Assembly: GCA_030141605.1 (NCBI GenBank)
Contig: JAQGDQ010000611.1
Span: forward strand, 1-64,000
DNA length: 64,000 nucleotides
Reading direction: 5' to 3'
DNA from: Tubiluchus corallicola
Lineage: Eukaryota; Animalia; Priapulida
How positions within the stretch are numbered: position 1 is the first letter of the stretch; each line of letters starts with the position of its first letter. A program made the position numbers and the translations under genes. The notes under the pieces were generated by a model that was not told the origin of the DNA, ran no database searches, and saw nothing but the letters and a program-made list of their open reading frames with translations. Below, one piece after another: positions 35,699 to 47,640 of the stretch.

Positions 35699-38456
35699 CT
35701 GAAAAAAATTGAAAAAAGCTGTAATGATTTTTGTAGACTATAAGCCAGAAAGTATGGTATAATTATAGCAAAATTAAACTGATGTGCAGCTAAATAAAAG
35801 AGAACGCTGTAGCCAGCAGCTGTAGCAAAAACACATTATAGCAGAAAGCACAGTAACAGCAGCTGTAGTGTAGAACACTGTAACAACAGCTGTAGCAGAG
35901 AACACTGTAGGAAGAGCTGTAGCTGAAAGCGCTGTAACAGCAGCTGTAGCAGAGAACATTGTAAAATAGCTGTAGCAGAGAACACTGTAGGAAGAGCTGT
36001 AGCTGAAAGCGCTGTAACAGCAGCTGTAGCAGAGAACATTGTAAAACAGCTGTAGCAGAGAACACTGTAGGAAGAGCTGTAGCTGAAAGCGCTGTAACAG
36101 CAGCTGTAGCTGAGAACATTGCAACAGCAGCTGTAGTATAGAACACTGTAGCAACAGCTGTAGCAGAGAACACTGTCCCAACAGCTGTAGCAGAGAACAC
36201 TGTAGCAGCAGCTGTAGCAGAGAACACTGTAGCAGCAGCTGTAGCAGAGAACACTGTAACAGCAGCTCTAGCAGGGAATGTTGTAGCAACGGCAGTAGCA
36301 TAGAACACTGTCCCAACAGCTGTAGCAGAGAACACTGTCGGGAGAGCTGTAGCTGAAACCACTGTAGCAGAGAACACTGTAGGGAGAGCTGTCGCTGAAA
36401 CCACTGCAGCAGAGAACACTGTAGCAACAGCTGTAGTATAGAACACTATGTGTTGGTGGTGGTGGCGTTGGCAGTGGAGAGAGTGCAACGGTGGTGGTGG
36501 CAGTGGTGGCAGTAGTAATGATCGTCGTGGTAATGGTGGCAGCGGCAATATGGCACCGGCGGTGGTGCAACGATGATGGTTAAAATATGCTAATCCTACT
36601 GGTGTTGTCGTTGCAGTTGCTATGAAAATGCAGTTTAGTATTGTTTTTATTCCTACTATAGGCCTTAGGCCTATCATAATCTTTTCAGGACTTAGGGCCT
36701 CTTGAAGTGTTAATCCGGCCCCGAATATCGCTTTGTGTGCAATTTGCCCTTTCCTGCTGCTATTGTGCAATGACTGCACCTCTCTTAAAGAACACACGCC
36801 CTAGTCTGTTTCAAAACTTGGCTAGGATCTGCAACACAGTAAACTGACAACTGCAGTTGGACTGTTACATAATTACTGTCAAGCTCTACAGAAAAGCACG
36901 GCCATTGTCAATCTTGATTACCTTTGCCGTTCTGTAATTTCAGATTAAACGAATTTATTTACAATGTTGGTCCAACGAGTGGAAGTTTGGTTTTAGCTCA
37001 AGTACTCTGTACTTTTCACATGAAATTTCTCCAATCAGGGATTACATTATCTTGGCTGAATTCAATTGTCTTGTAGTGGTGGTCGTGCGTTTCATCTGGC
37101 CGTATGACAAAGGAAACTTCCAAACAAGAATCAAATAAAGATTACCGGACTGCATCAGTAGGTGACACCGTGAAAGTTCATGTGAAGTTTTAGTTAAAAA
37201 ACATGATATTTGTATTTTAAAGGACGACTTTTTATTAGAAGCTTCAAAAACTTTGAAAACAGTCCAAAATCTTCCACTACATAACAGCAGTTATCTACAG
37301 TGAGTGAAGCATTTAAACATCCATCAGTGTTTAACACACACGCGCCGATGATCACTGATATAATGTAGTCGAAAAATTTGAACTGTTTCATAATTTTCAA
37401 AGTTTATAAAGCTTTTAATAATACAGATAGTCCTTGACTTGTGACCTAATTAAGCAACTAGCAACTTTTCGACCATAATTAATTAATTAATTATCCAAAA
37501 CTAATAATAACTAATCTTTCCTTCTTTTTATTTTAAATCTAAATCTGTTTGTCCCTAGACGACGCCATACTTGATGCGCCTAGACACGTCACATCTCACG
37601 CGTAGGGACGCACAACTTGAACATACGGGTTCGGGTTGCACACAAGTCACCATACGACCAATCCGCCGAAGCCAAAATTATTACTTCCTACTAAACGAAC
37701 AGAGCTAGTGTAGAATTCCTGCTCGCAAGCCTACTAAACTAATAAACCTAGTGTAGAATTCCTGCTCACAAGCCTACTAAACTAACAGAGATAGCGTAGT
37801 ATTCCTGCTCACAAGCCTACTAAACTAACAGAGCTAGTGTAGTATTCCTATTCACAAGCCTACTAAACTAACAAACCTAGAGTAATATTCCTGCTCACAA
37901 GCCTACTAAACTAACAGACCTAGTGTAGTATTCCTGTTCACAAGCCTACTAAACTAACAGAGCTAGTGTAGAATTCCTGCTCACAAGCCTACTTAACTAA
38001 CAGAGCTAGTGTAGAATTCCTGCTCACAATCCTACTAAACTAACAGAGCTAGTGTAGAATTCCTGCTCACAAGCCTACTAAACTAACAGAGCTAGTGTAG
38101 AATTCCTGCTCACAAGCCTACTAAACTAACAGAGATATCGTAGTATTCCTGCTCACAAGCCTATTATATAATGTATTTTATATAGTGCATCCAGAGATAG
38201 TACTACACAATATACCACATATAGTCTGGTCGTAAGTCGACGATTGTCTACAAAGTTGTATTTTAGAATACAAGAATTTTTCTTTTGTAAAGTAACAACA
38301 AATTTGTGCATGCTTGGCGGTACTTACCTGAGTTTTTGGTTCGGCAACTCTGTGTTTGGCTAAAACTTGTTGTAGTCTCTTTATGCTTAAACTGTGTGAT
38401 GCTGGTATGGCTGTCAGAACTATCACTGTCAATAATGTTGTCAACGTGGTCTTCAT
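35552..38456 (-). CDS. Sulfakinin/cholecystokinin-type neuropeptide precursor, 91 aa
   Basis: Join 38456-38328 (CAG|GTAAGT, phase 0) + 35698-35552 (TTTTTTTCAG|, TAA): MKTTLTTLLTVIVLTAIPASHSLSIKRLQQVLAKHRVAEPKTQLTDDMTDLHSSHPDKRFGSLDYGYSRFGRGELYNDYDFLGMRYGRSTD*. Signal peptide, acidic spacer, KR site, two DY-containing peptides each ending R(F/Y)-G-R. Confidence 0.85.
35800..36450. repeat. About 27-bp minisatellite (CAGCTGTAGCAGAGAACACTGTAGCAA) in the neuropeptide intron
   Basis: Direct reading, with larger composite repeats. Confidence 0.95.
37688..38160. repeat. 43-bp minisatellite, 11 copies, in the neuropeptide intron
   Basis: Unit CTACTAAACTAACAGAGCTAGTGTAGAATTCCTGCTCACAAGC; 473 bp = 11 x 43. 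Confidence 0.95.
38328..38456 (-). CDS. Signal-peptide exon of the SK/CCK-type precursor
   Basis: Acceptor TTTTTTTAG|GATG, hydrophobic N-terminus, GTAAGT donor. Confidence 0.85.
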
Positions 38457-40286
38457 CCTAAAAAAATACGAAATTTAAGACATGAAATCTATTCATTGGG
38501 GTACCTCAGTAATATCAGAAATTGCAAAGCCAAAACGGTCATATATAGCAGATTAGATTTTAAATTAGTTTATCTCATTCCATATCCATATGCGAGACTG
38601 CTATTTAATTCCACACAATTCATTATAATTGTCGTGAGAGGGGGTGATTGTAGTCCGTTTATGTTTAAACTGTACGTTGCATGTCTAATAAAACTAATTG
38701 AGTAGTATGTTGAATTCAGTGTTGTTGTCAAAAGTTGTGCATATATAATATTCACAAGTACACATGTTTGGCAGTGAAGATTAATACTAATGTTTCTCGT
38801 ATATACTATACAGAATACACGTTCTGAGCGGTGAAGAGTACCAACAATATAAATTGAAATCGTTAAGTTGTCAGTTGTCAACTTAGATCATTAGATGGTA
38901 CATTGTAAACAATTAACAATTAGCAATTTAAATTGTAGGTACAGCTGAGGGTGTGTTTACTGTATAGTGTATACACGAAACGTAATTATAAATTTTCACC
39001 ATCGAGAACGTGTAATTAGTATAGTATACATTCAAAACAATCAGCAACTACAATATACTCAGTGTGCAATTAATTATACTTGGCTGTTTTGACAATGTAA
39101 TTTCTGAAATTTAATGTACAAGAAGACACTCTTCATAAATTACGCCTATAGTCTCGTCTTGAAATTTTATATCACTTACAAGCAATCTCATTGTGCGCAG
39201 AGCTTGCTTTGGCAGTACACTGTATAAAACTTGAAAATTTAAACTCCCATAATGATCGTTAAGCGCAGCCATTTTAACGGTAAGTCGTTTGGAAACCGTT
39301 TAAATAATATAGCCTGAAGTTTGAAGAAATAGTCACAGCGTTCGTAGCGCTAACTAACTATGCGTTTAACTTTATACTGTCAATAACGTCAATAATGTGT
39401 TGTTGTTGTTGTTTTTTCGGTGAGTCAGTGGTGCTCACTGGGATGGCGATGGAGTGCCGTTTTACCATGCGCGAACATTTGAAAACCAGATGATTATTTA
39501 GACTCAATTGCATTTTAATTTACTGTCCAAAATATTTTTTCATTATTCATAATTTTTCATTATTTTTAAATAATTAGCTTAGAAAGTTAATTAATGGCAA
39601 CCGAACACAGCTACTGCTTACGTCAGAAACTAACATCAGTTTCTGAAATAACACGCATCTTCCCTTGCGCGTCAAGCACGTTTGCGTAAGTGTTACTGCT
39701 AAAACACGTGATGTCACGAAAATTGGCTCTACATCATATGACGTCAGAAACTAACACTGCAGTTCATGATCGTGATTATCACGGCGTTGCCAATCTTAGT
39801 AGAGCCGCGCGTAGCTTTGAAAGTTAAACGAAATTTGAGTGACCGAGGTAATTATTATTTAACGTAAGCATTGATTCAAAAAAAGCTATTGTAGTTTTTA
39901 ATATTTTAGAGCATTCTTTGTTCTGAACTAATGTTTACACAATCGTCCAGTTTTCTTTTAGGAATTTTCTTTTCTAATTATATAATTATATCTTTCACTC
40001 TCAAATAGGTAAGCGTAACGCAAAGTAACATAACTTTGTGTGGGAAGTTTTTTGGTACATATCTCAAAATAGCCTTTTCTTCCCCTTTAAGGTATTTCAC
40101 TAACAATAGATTAAGATATGACACTGCAGCTTAAAATGAACGCCTTGAGCTGGTGGGCAGGGGGAGGGCGGTGGAGGGAGGGCTTGCTGATCTGAGCGAT
40201 AGTTCCGCATTGCACAGCAATTCAAAACCTTTTCAAATATTACAGGTAAACTAATTAACAAGTCCACAACACAAGAATGACGCTAC

Positions 40287-40331
40287 CTGATGCTCAGTAT
40301 AGTTCCCAAGAACAGTGTAAATGTAAACTGT
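40287..40331 (-). other. Candidate non-coding 5'UTR exon of the neuropeptide gene
   Basis: CATTGTTTCAG| 45 nt without ATG |GTAGCG; the acceptor before the ATG at 38456 implies at least one upstream exon. Confidence 0.35.
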
Positions 40332-40932
40332 CTGAAACAATGACACATTTAGACAATATGCACGCTGTCTGAAACAATGACACATTTAGACAATATGAAC
40401 ACTGTCTGAAACAATGACACATTTAGACAATATGCACGCTGTCTGAAACAATGACACATTTAGACAATATGAACACTGTCTGAAACAATGATACATTTAC
40501 ACAATATGCACACTGTCTGAAACAATGATACATTTACACAATATGAACACCAAACAAAACAAACAAACACCCAAACAAAACAAACAAATCTGAAACAATG
40601 ACACATTTAGACAATATGACCTGTCTGAAACAATGAACATTTAACAATATGACACTTCTGAAACAATGAACATTTAACAATAGCACCTGTCTGAAACAAT
40701 GAACATTTAAAATATGAACACTTCTGAAACAATGAACATTTAACAATATGACCTGTCTGAAACAATGAAATTTAACAATAACACTGTCTGAAACAATGAT
40801 ACATTTACACAATATGAACACTGTCTGAAACAATGATACATTTACACAATATGAACACTGTCTGAAACAATGATACATTTACACAATATGCACACTGTCT
40901 GAAACAATGACACATTTACACAATATGCACGG
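40325..40932. repeat. 37-bp minisatellite
   Basis: Unit CTGTCTGAAACAATGACACATTTAGACAATATGAACA, with shortened central copies. Confidence 0.95.
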
Positions 40933-41251
40933 AATGCGCAACAAGTCCTTGGAAGTTTCTGCATTTGAAAAATTGCATCCAACTGTCATGTCATCCTAAA
41001 TTGTGCCTCAAGACCAGTAAGCAAGTTTCTGGCACTAATATTTAAATGCAAAATAACATTTTGCCATTTGCTGTAGATAATAAAGATGTATTTAGTTCTG
41101 CATCTTAGTTCTGCTAGCTTCTACTATTTTGTATTATCTAAGTAACTACGAAAATACTTTTTGCGTTTTACAAGCGACTAATTTCCTGTTTTACGTAGAC
41201 AAGGCCAAAGACCCCTGAAAGCAGCTTTAGATACTCTTTCTCTTGACAATA

Positions 41252-41825
41252 TCTATACTCTTATATTAATATTCTTGGTGTATATATATATATATATATA
41301 TATAAGATTCGAGGCTACAGCCCGGACGAGGGCACCATTTGCGGTGATCTACATATCAAACGAAAGGTCTCGATCTAGTGTCTTCTCATTGATACTTTAT
41401 TTTTCGAATCGGGCTTACCGGGAGGAACGGGGTGCGAAAAACCTCCCAAAATAGCCCTTTTTCGGCCGTTTTTTGCAAAAGTTATACGGCTGAGATGTAG
41501 AGAACGGGAACGGGTCGAGGGTAGTACTGGGTATGGATAGATAGCCCGTTAAGCGGTGGGTGTAGTAGGCATATTTAGAATTCGCGAGAGGGCCACAGGG
41601 TCCCGCAACCGGCGTTTTCCCGGACCCAACTCGCGATTTTTTCGAAATTTTGACCAAACAGCATGCGGAAAAAACGTTCTAGCGGCGATCGGCGGAACTT
41701 TTGGAAGGAGATATATAGCTCATCAGAAAGAGGAAGGACAGGGCTACACGATGATGTGGGCTATATGTTAGGGCAGGTCCACCGAGAGGAGTACTATTCG
41801 TGATTAACTATTTGCACCAACCTAG
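41252..41825 (+). mobile_element. Possible non-autonomous Helitron-like element
   Basis: A|TCTATACT start, internal (TA)n, GC-rich body, CTAG|T end; second partial copy at about 19.0 kb; no clear 3' hairpin. Confidence 0.4.
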
Positions 41826-42232
41826 TATTCTTCATACAAAAAATATTTTTCGTAAATATTATGAAATTGTAGAATTTAGACGTTTCATTTCTGAGTGCTA
41901 TTGAACTAGGTTAGTCTTAGGGTTAGTCTTAGGTCTGAGTAGGGTTATTCTTAGGTTGAACTTCTCATTTAATTCACCTGTAATTAACAGGTATTAAAAG
42001 CACCTGTGTGTACGTTTTTAGCTTTTGTGTGGTCAAGTTAATTAATTGGTCAACACTCTCTACCTGCTGCGAGCTGCTCAAGTCAAAACGTGGCATGAGG
42101 TACAAGATGCAATCAGGAAAGTAAATCGATTGCGGCGGCTGTTTAGTACTATGACCTGATCAAGAAGGTCATAGTTAATTTTGTTGAAACGTTAAACATA
42201 AAACAATTGTGCTTTTGCAAGACTATCATCAC

Positions 42233-42515
<283 letters not shown>

Positions 42516-42835
42516 TTAACTTGTAAACTTACATTCCCGCTACGACCATCAGATGCGGCCATTTTAACGGTAAGTCGTTTGATAACATTGTGTAAAGTTT
42601 GAAAAAATAATCAGAGCCTTCATAGCGCATACTTCATTAACTAAGCAAAACTTGTTTACCTTGTTAGTAAAATTAATAGTATGGTAATGTCTTAATAGAT
42701 GTGAGATAGTGAAACAATGACGTTTTACCAGCTGGCGCGAACATTTAAATTAATAAACATCTTCTTTGTCAGTTACATAAGTCTTACAGGTAAGCATGAC
42801 ACTATATGTATTATAACTTTGTATGGAAAGATAGG

Positions 42836-43638
42836 AACTTTAAATTCTTCAAAAAGTGATTTTCAGACGTACTTTAAATTCTTCAAAAAGTACTTTCTCA
42901 GACATACATTAAATTCTTCAAAAAGTGATTTTCAGACGTACTTTAAATTCTTCAAAAAGTGATTTTCAGACGTACTTTAAATTCTTCAAAAAGTGATTTT
43001 TCAGACGTACATTAAATTCTTCAAATAGTGATTTTTCAGACGTACTTTAAATTCTTCAAAAAGTGGTTTTTGAGACGTTCTTTAAATTCTTCAAAAAGTA
43101 ATTTTTCAGACGTACTTTAAATTCTTCAAAAAGTGATTTTCAGACGTAATTTAAATTCTTCAAAAAGTGATTTTCAGACGTACTTTAAATTCTCCAAAAA
43201 GTACTTTTTCAGACATACATTAAATTCTTCAAAAAGTGATTTTTCAGGCGTACTTTAAATTCTTCAAAAAGTGGTTTTTAGACGTTCTTTAAATTCTTCA
43301 AAAAGTGATTTTTCAGACGTACTTTAAATCCTTCAAAAAGTGATTTTCAGACGCACTTTAAATTCTTCAAAAAGTGATTTTTCAGGCATACATTAAATTC
43401 TTCAAAAAGTGATTTTTCAGACGTACTTTAAATTCTTCAAAAAGTGATTTTCAAACGTACTTTAAATTCTTCAAAAAGTGATTTTTCAGACGTACATTAA
43501 ATTCTTCAAAAAGTGATTTTTCAGACGTACTTTAAATTCTTCAAAAAGTGGTTTTTGAGACATTCTTTGTTCTTTAAAAGTGCTTTTTCAGGCATACATT
43601 AAATTCTTCAAAAGTGCTTTTTGAGACGTTCTTTAAAA
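42836..43638. repeat. 34/35-bp minisatellite
   Basis: Unit TACTTTAAATTCTTCAAAAAGTGATTTT(T)CAGACG, about 23 copies. Confidence 0.95.
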
Positions 43639-46600
43639 TTTCCCGTTTCTCCTCTTGCTGGGTTTGACACCGTTTCTCTAATGATGTCAATTAACAGCAA
43701 AGATAACTACGACCTGTCAAAACTGTTTTTAATCAAAGCACTCTTCGTGTTGAAGTGATAGTCTTCGTTTTCTGATGATATGTGAAGACGTATCTATTAT
43801 ACTAGGCGATAATAAAAGCATACAAGAGTTGAAAGCTCGATCCCTAAGGAGCATAATCTCATCTTAGTAGACATTGTATGATGTTGCTTGATGCTGCTTT
43901 GTACATGTCTAGTCGACGTGTAAAATCTTTTGATAAGCAGGCTAACCACTAGAGGCTGCAGTCTTATTTATTCACACCCCATTTGCAAAGATAAAAAAGA
44001 GGCGGTGGGATTGAGTGAAAAGGGGTTCCATTTACCGCAGGCGCGATTTACCGCTGCAAAATTGCAAAGTTGTTCAAAATTGAAATATCTTAATAAAATG
44101 TTTTAGCGAAAAGTTCATAAACATTACCACAGGGCTCGCAGAAATGTTAAGCAGTTTATATTCTCCGAGAACCTCAATAATGTTATTGGAGGGTGGTTCT
44201 CGAGGAGCTCAAACAGAGTACAAAACATTTTCCGCCCGTTACTCGTTTCTCCGCTGTTTCTCATGGGTTTATCTGAACATTTTTACATGTACAACAGCTG
44301 GTCATTCATCTAGTTTTCCTCGGGTTTCTTATCTTTGGAATTCTCTACCAAAAAGTTGCTTTCCTAAAAAACTGCAACTTCACCTGATTCAAGGAAAAGA
44401 TAAAAACATCAGCAAGCACCTTCTGTCACTAGCAAGCTAGTTATATGAATTTTATTGCTCTGAAAATGAATTCATATCCTCAATTCTTAACTACTGTATC
44501 GAACTTTGAGTGGCTATTAAACGTATTTGAGCAGATCTGTATAGAAATTACTATTTTCACTCAAAGGAGCCGCTCAGCAACACCAGGTTATAATGTTCTT
44601 CTTGTTGCGAATAGAGGGCGCAACACGCTTTGCACAACATACATTTCTGATCACTCAATAAGGATTTGCTCAAACTGACGTACTAAAATATTTACCTAGA
44701 AGTTGCAATCACTTTGCTAATTTGCTAAAAAATGATTACAGTAAGCTATCCGGCAGCATTGAAAGGATCTTACGAGTTCACAAATGGAATTAAATACTTA
44801 TCATTTTCCTACACCTGGAGATCTAAAAAATTTTCGAATTCAACAATCCAGCGTCTGCGTCTGTGGCCAGAAATGTGGCGTTTGGAAGCGAGGAAGAACG
44901 TATGATTTGTTAACGGATGATGAAACCCAAGGTTATGGCAGGAGACCTTGGAAACCAGACGCCAGGCGCTTTCGTGTGTCATATCATGGGCTTAACTTAA
45001 AATAATTTTTAAAAATAATTGGAAATAAACTAGGTTTGTGGAGTTTTTTGCATCAGATAGTATAAAATGGCAAAGAATTCTCTCTCTCCTCGCCATCATT
45101 CCTTCATAATTTTGAGCTTTTTATCCGAAACATTCCCAAAAATTCCTGATAAAATGGATGAAAAAACAGGAAACCCAACTTTGTTACATTGAAAACTTCT
45201 AATTCGTGTCTCGAGGATACTGTCTATTTTTGCCTGTCAGTCGATCAAGACAGTTTATTCATATTTGAGCTCAGCTATTCTAGTCACCAGAGAGTGAGCA
45301 GCAAATATACTAATTCTGTTATACGATCACAATCGAAGATATTAGCAATTCGAAAAATTTGATATTCGTTTGTCTCGTTACATTCATTTTCAAAAGGCTG
45401 GTTAACTTGCAAGCAGTCAAGTCTATGTACACTATGGTTCCAACCGCCGTCATTCGGTTGAGGCAACTCTTAGATATTGACTGACTAAATCGTCGACAGT
45501 TAGCAATGTGTCAGCAGCGGATGGGATTGTGCCCCTTGTGCTATCACGTAGCCTCTGTGCAACCAAGACTCTTGTAGTGCCTCCTGGTAGCTCGTCTTGG
45601 TAACTGGGCACCTTAGGTAACAAGGATATCACAGCAGCATGAGCCCCAGAAGTGCAGTGTGTCAGCATGTGGAGCCGCTCGACCACTCGTCAATCATGCC
45701 CCAGTTATCAGCTGAATAGCGTCGGGCAGGAACAACTTGTTAATTTTCGTAGACCATCTTCCTAAGGGACCACTCCCCTACAGAGACAGAAGGATTCGGC
45801 AGCCACGCAGCATCTCACCAAGGATCGTTTTGCTACCAGCCATCGGTTTTGAAAAATCGATCCTTCACCAGTGACCGTGGCCATTGACTCTCGGATGCAT
45901 CCTGCACATGGATTAAAGATTGGAAGAGATTTAGCATAGTTACCATGCTACTGCAGGGCAGCCGATGTTTCTCTCCATTTAGACACCACTCCTTTTCACT
46001 CCACTTTTCCACAGAATCAGAAGAACGTCGGTAAAGAGGATGCTGCAGACGATGCTCACTGGTATCTAAATATTTTGCACAGACTCGCAAGTCTTCTTCA
46101 GATCACAAAGGACTGTCTACTAATGCAGTTTGTAAACCTACTTATTGCTATAGAAATTACGGTGCAACTTAAGCTTGACAGTTCGAGACTTAACTGACTG
46201 TCTGAGAACAAACTTGCTGAGACGATCAAGAGTCAAACACGCGATATAATCACCAGAGCAACTCATATTACTCTCTTCTGTGATGTCTGTCTTTGTCTAT
46301 TAGTTTTGTGCAATAAAGCAGACAAAAGCCAACTGTCACTTTGCAATCTCTTTAAAAAAGAGACATCTATATTTCTTTATTTTGCCGTGATATTCAATTT
46401 AACATAATTGCTTATCTTCTGAACGAATATTACAATCTTACAATCGCATAATAGATCTCAACAAAGCTAAAATTAGCTATGATAATTCGTGTTATTATTA
46501 TGATTATGGGAAAAGGACAAAGCTTTGCTGACAGATGCAATCTTTCTTTCCTTACCTGCCATGCTGTGTGTGGTTGTATCCATAAAAAGGGTAATTATAT

Positions 46601-47184
46601 TGTCATAGTTCACGTCAGTTTGTTCAGCTGAAAATCCAGTAACCAACGTAACTTATGTGACATTATCGTATTGAACTGATTAGCAGGTGGAAACTGATTT
46701 GGACTGAAAAAGAGGGGGATCTCGTTCTAGATGTACCACCCTGTTCCAGCATTAACAGAATTGAAGAAGATTCAAAACTGGAAAACACCAGGATTAACGT
46801 TTGCACAAAACCATCAGCTTTGCTACTGAGCCACGTGACTAATGCATGGTGGTGATTGGCGACATCTATCGTCAACTGACACACTTATCTACTCAGAATC
46901 AGTCACGTGACGCTGTTATGAAATTTCAGCACACAGACGTTAAAAGAAGATTGCAAGAGTCGTCAGAAATTGTCAGAAATTAAAATCACCACAGTACATT
47001 CATGTAGCCAGACTCAAGTTACTCTCTACACTTCTCGTAGAGAATATAGATGAGTATTAACACGCGCTTACTAATGGAGAGTAACTCGTACAGGAAATTT
47101 TGCTCTTTAGTCTAAACGCACTTGATAGTTACTCGGCAAGCTTACTGGGCGAGAAAACTCGCTAGTCTGAACGCGCCTTAGTAT

Positions 47185-47640
47185 TTTCAGTATTTTGTTT
47201 ATTGAACCATAATTCAACCATTAAAGAAAGAAATTACAAAAGGCAAAGCAAAACACTTAAAAACATTATACATGTAAACAGAAAAACCACATATATGTGG
47301 TATAATGGTTCAAGCACAAAAAACGCATACAACAGAACAACATACATAATATTATTAATTTAATATTACATATGTATCAAAGTTAGTCATTTAATCAAGC
47401 TTGCACTGGGTTATCCAGTCGGACCTATCTTCAAATATTTTGTGGACCAATCTGGCATTAATTTTAATAACTTCTACATTTAAAAACACGGACTGTTCAT
47501 TGGGAGACGTTAAATGAACGTTAGGACAGAAATCAGAAAGAATACCAAAACATTGCTCTCTTACATGAGCGTACAGTGGGCTATAAGCAATAGCGAACGT
47601 TGCGCCACATACGTGTAACATTGTATAGCAACATAGTCAA
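47185..47640 (-). mobile_element. LINE 3' fragment
   Basis: YSPLYAHVREQCF... resembles the LINE C-terminal CPxY motif; AATAAA and short AAAATACT repeats at the end. Confidence 0.5.

Noticed and set aside
35774-36797. 335-aa and 217-aa ORFs with TVFSATAVA / LQCSLLQLL repeats (mucin- or antifreeze-like)
   Set aside because: They arise from a 27-bp minisatellite open in several frames, lack a signal peptide or a convincing start, and lie inside the intron of the neuropeptide gene.
45450-46900. GC-richer stretch with short ORFs and a possible 72-bp exon (46557-46628)
   Set aside because: No recognisable domain or partner exons; more likely decayed transposon sequence.
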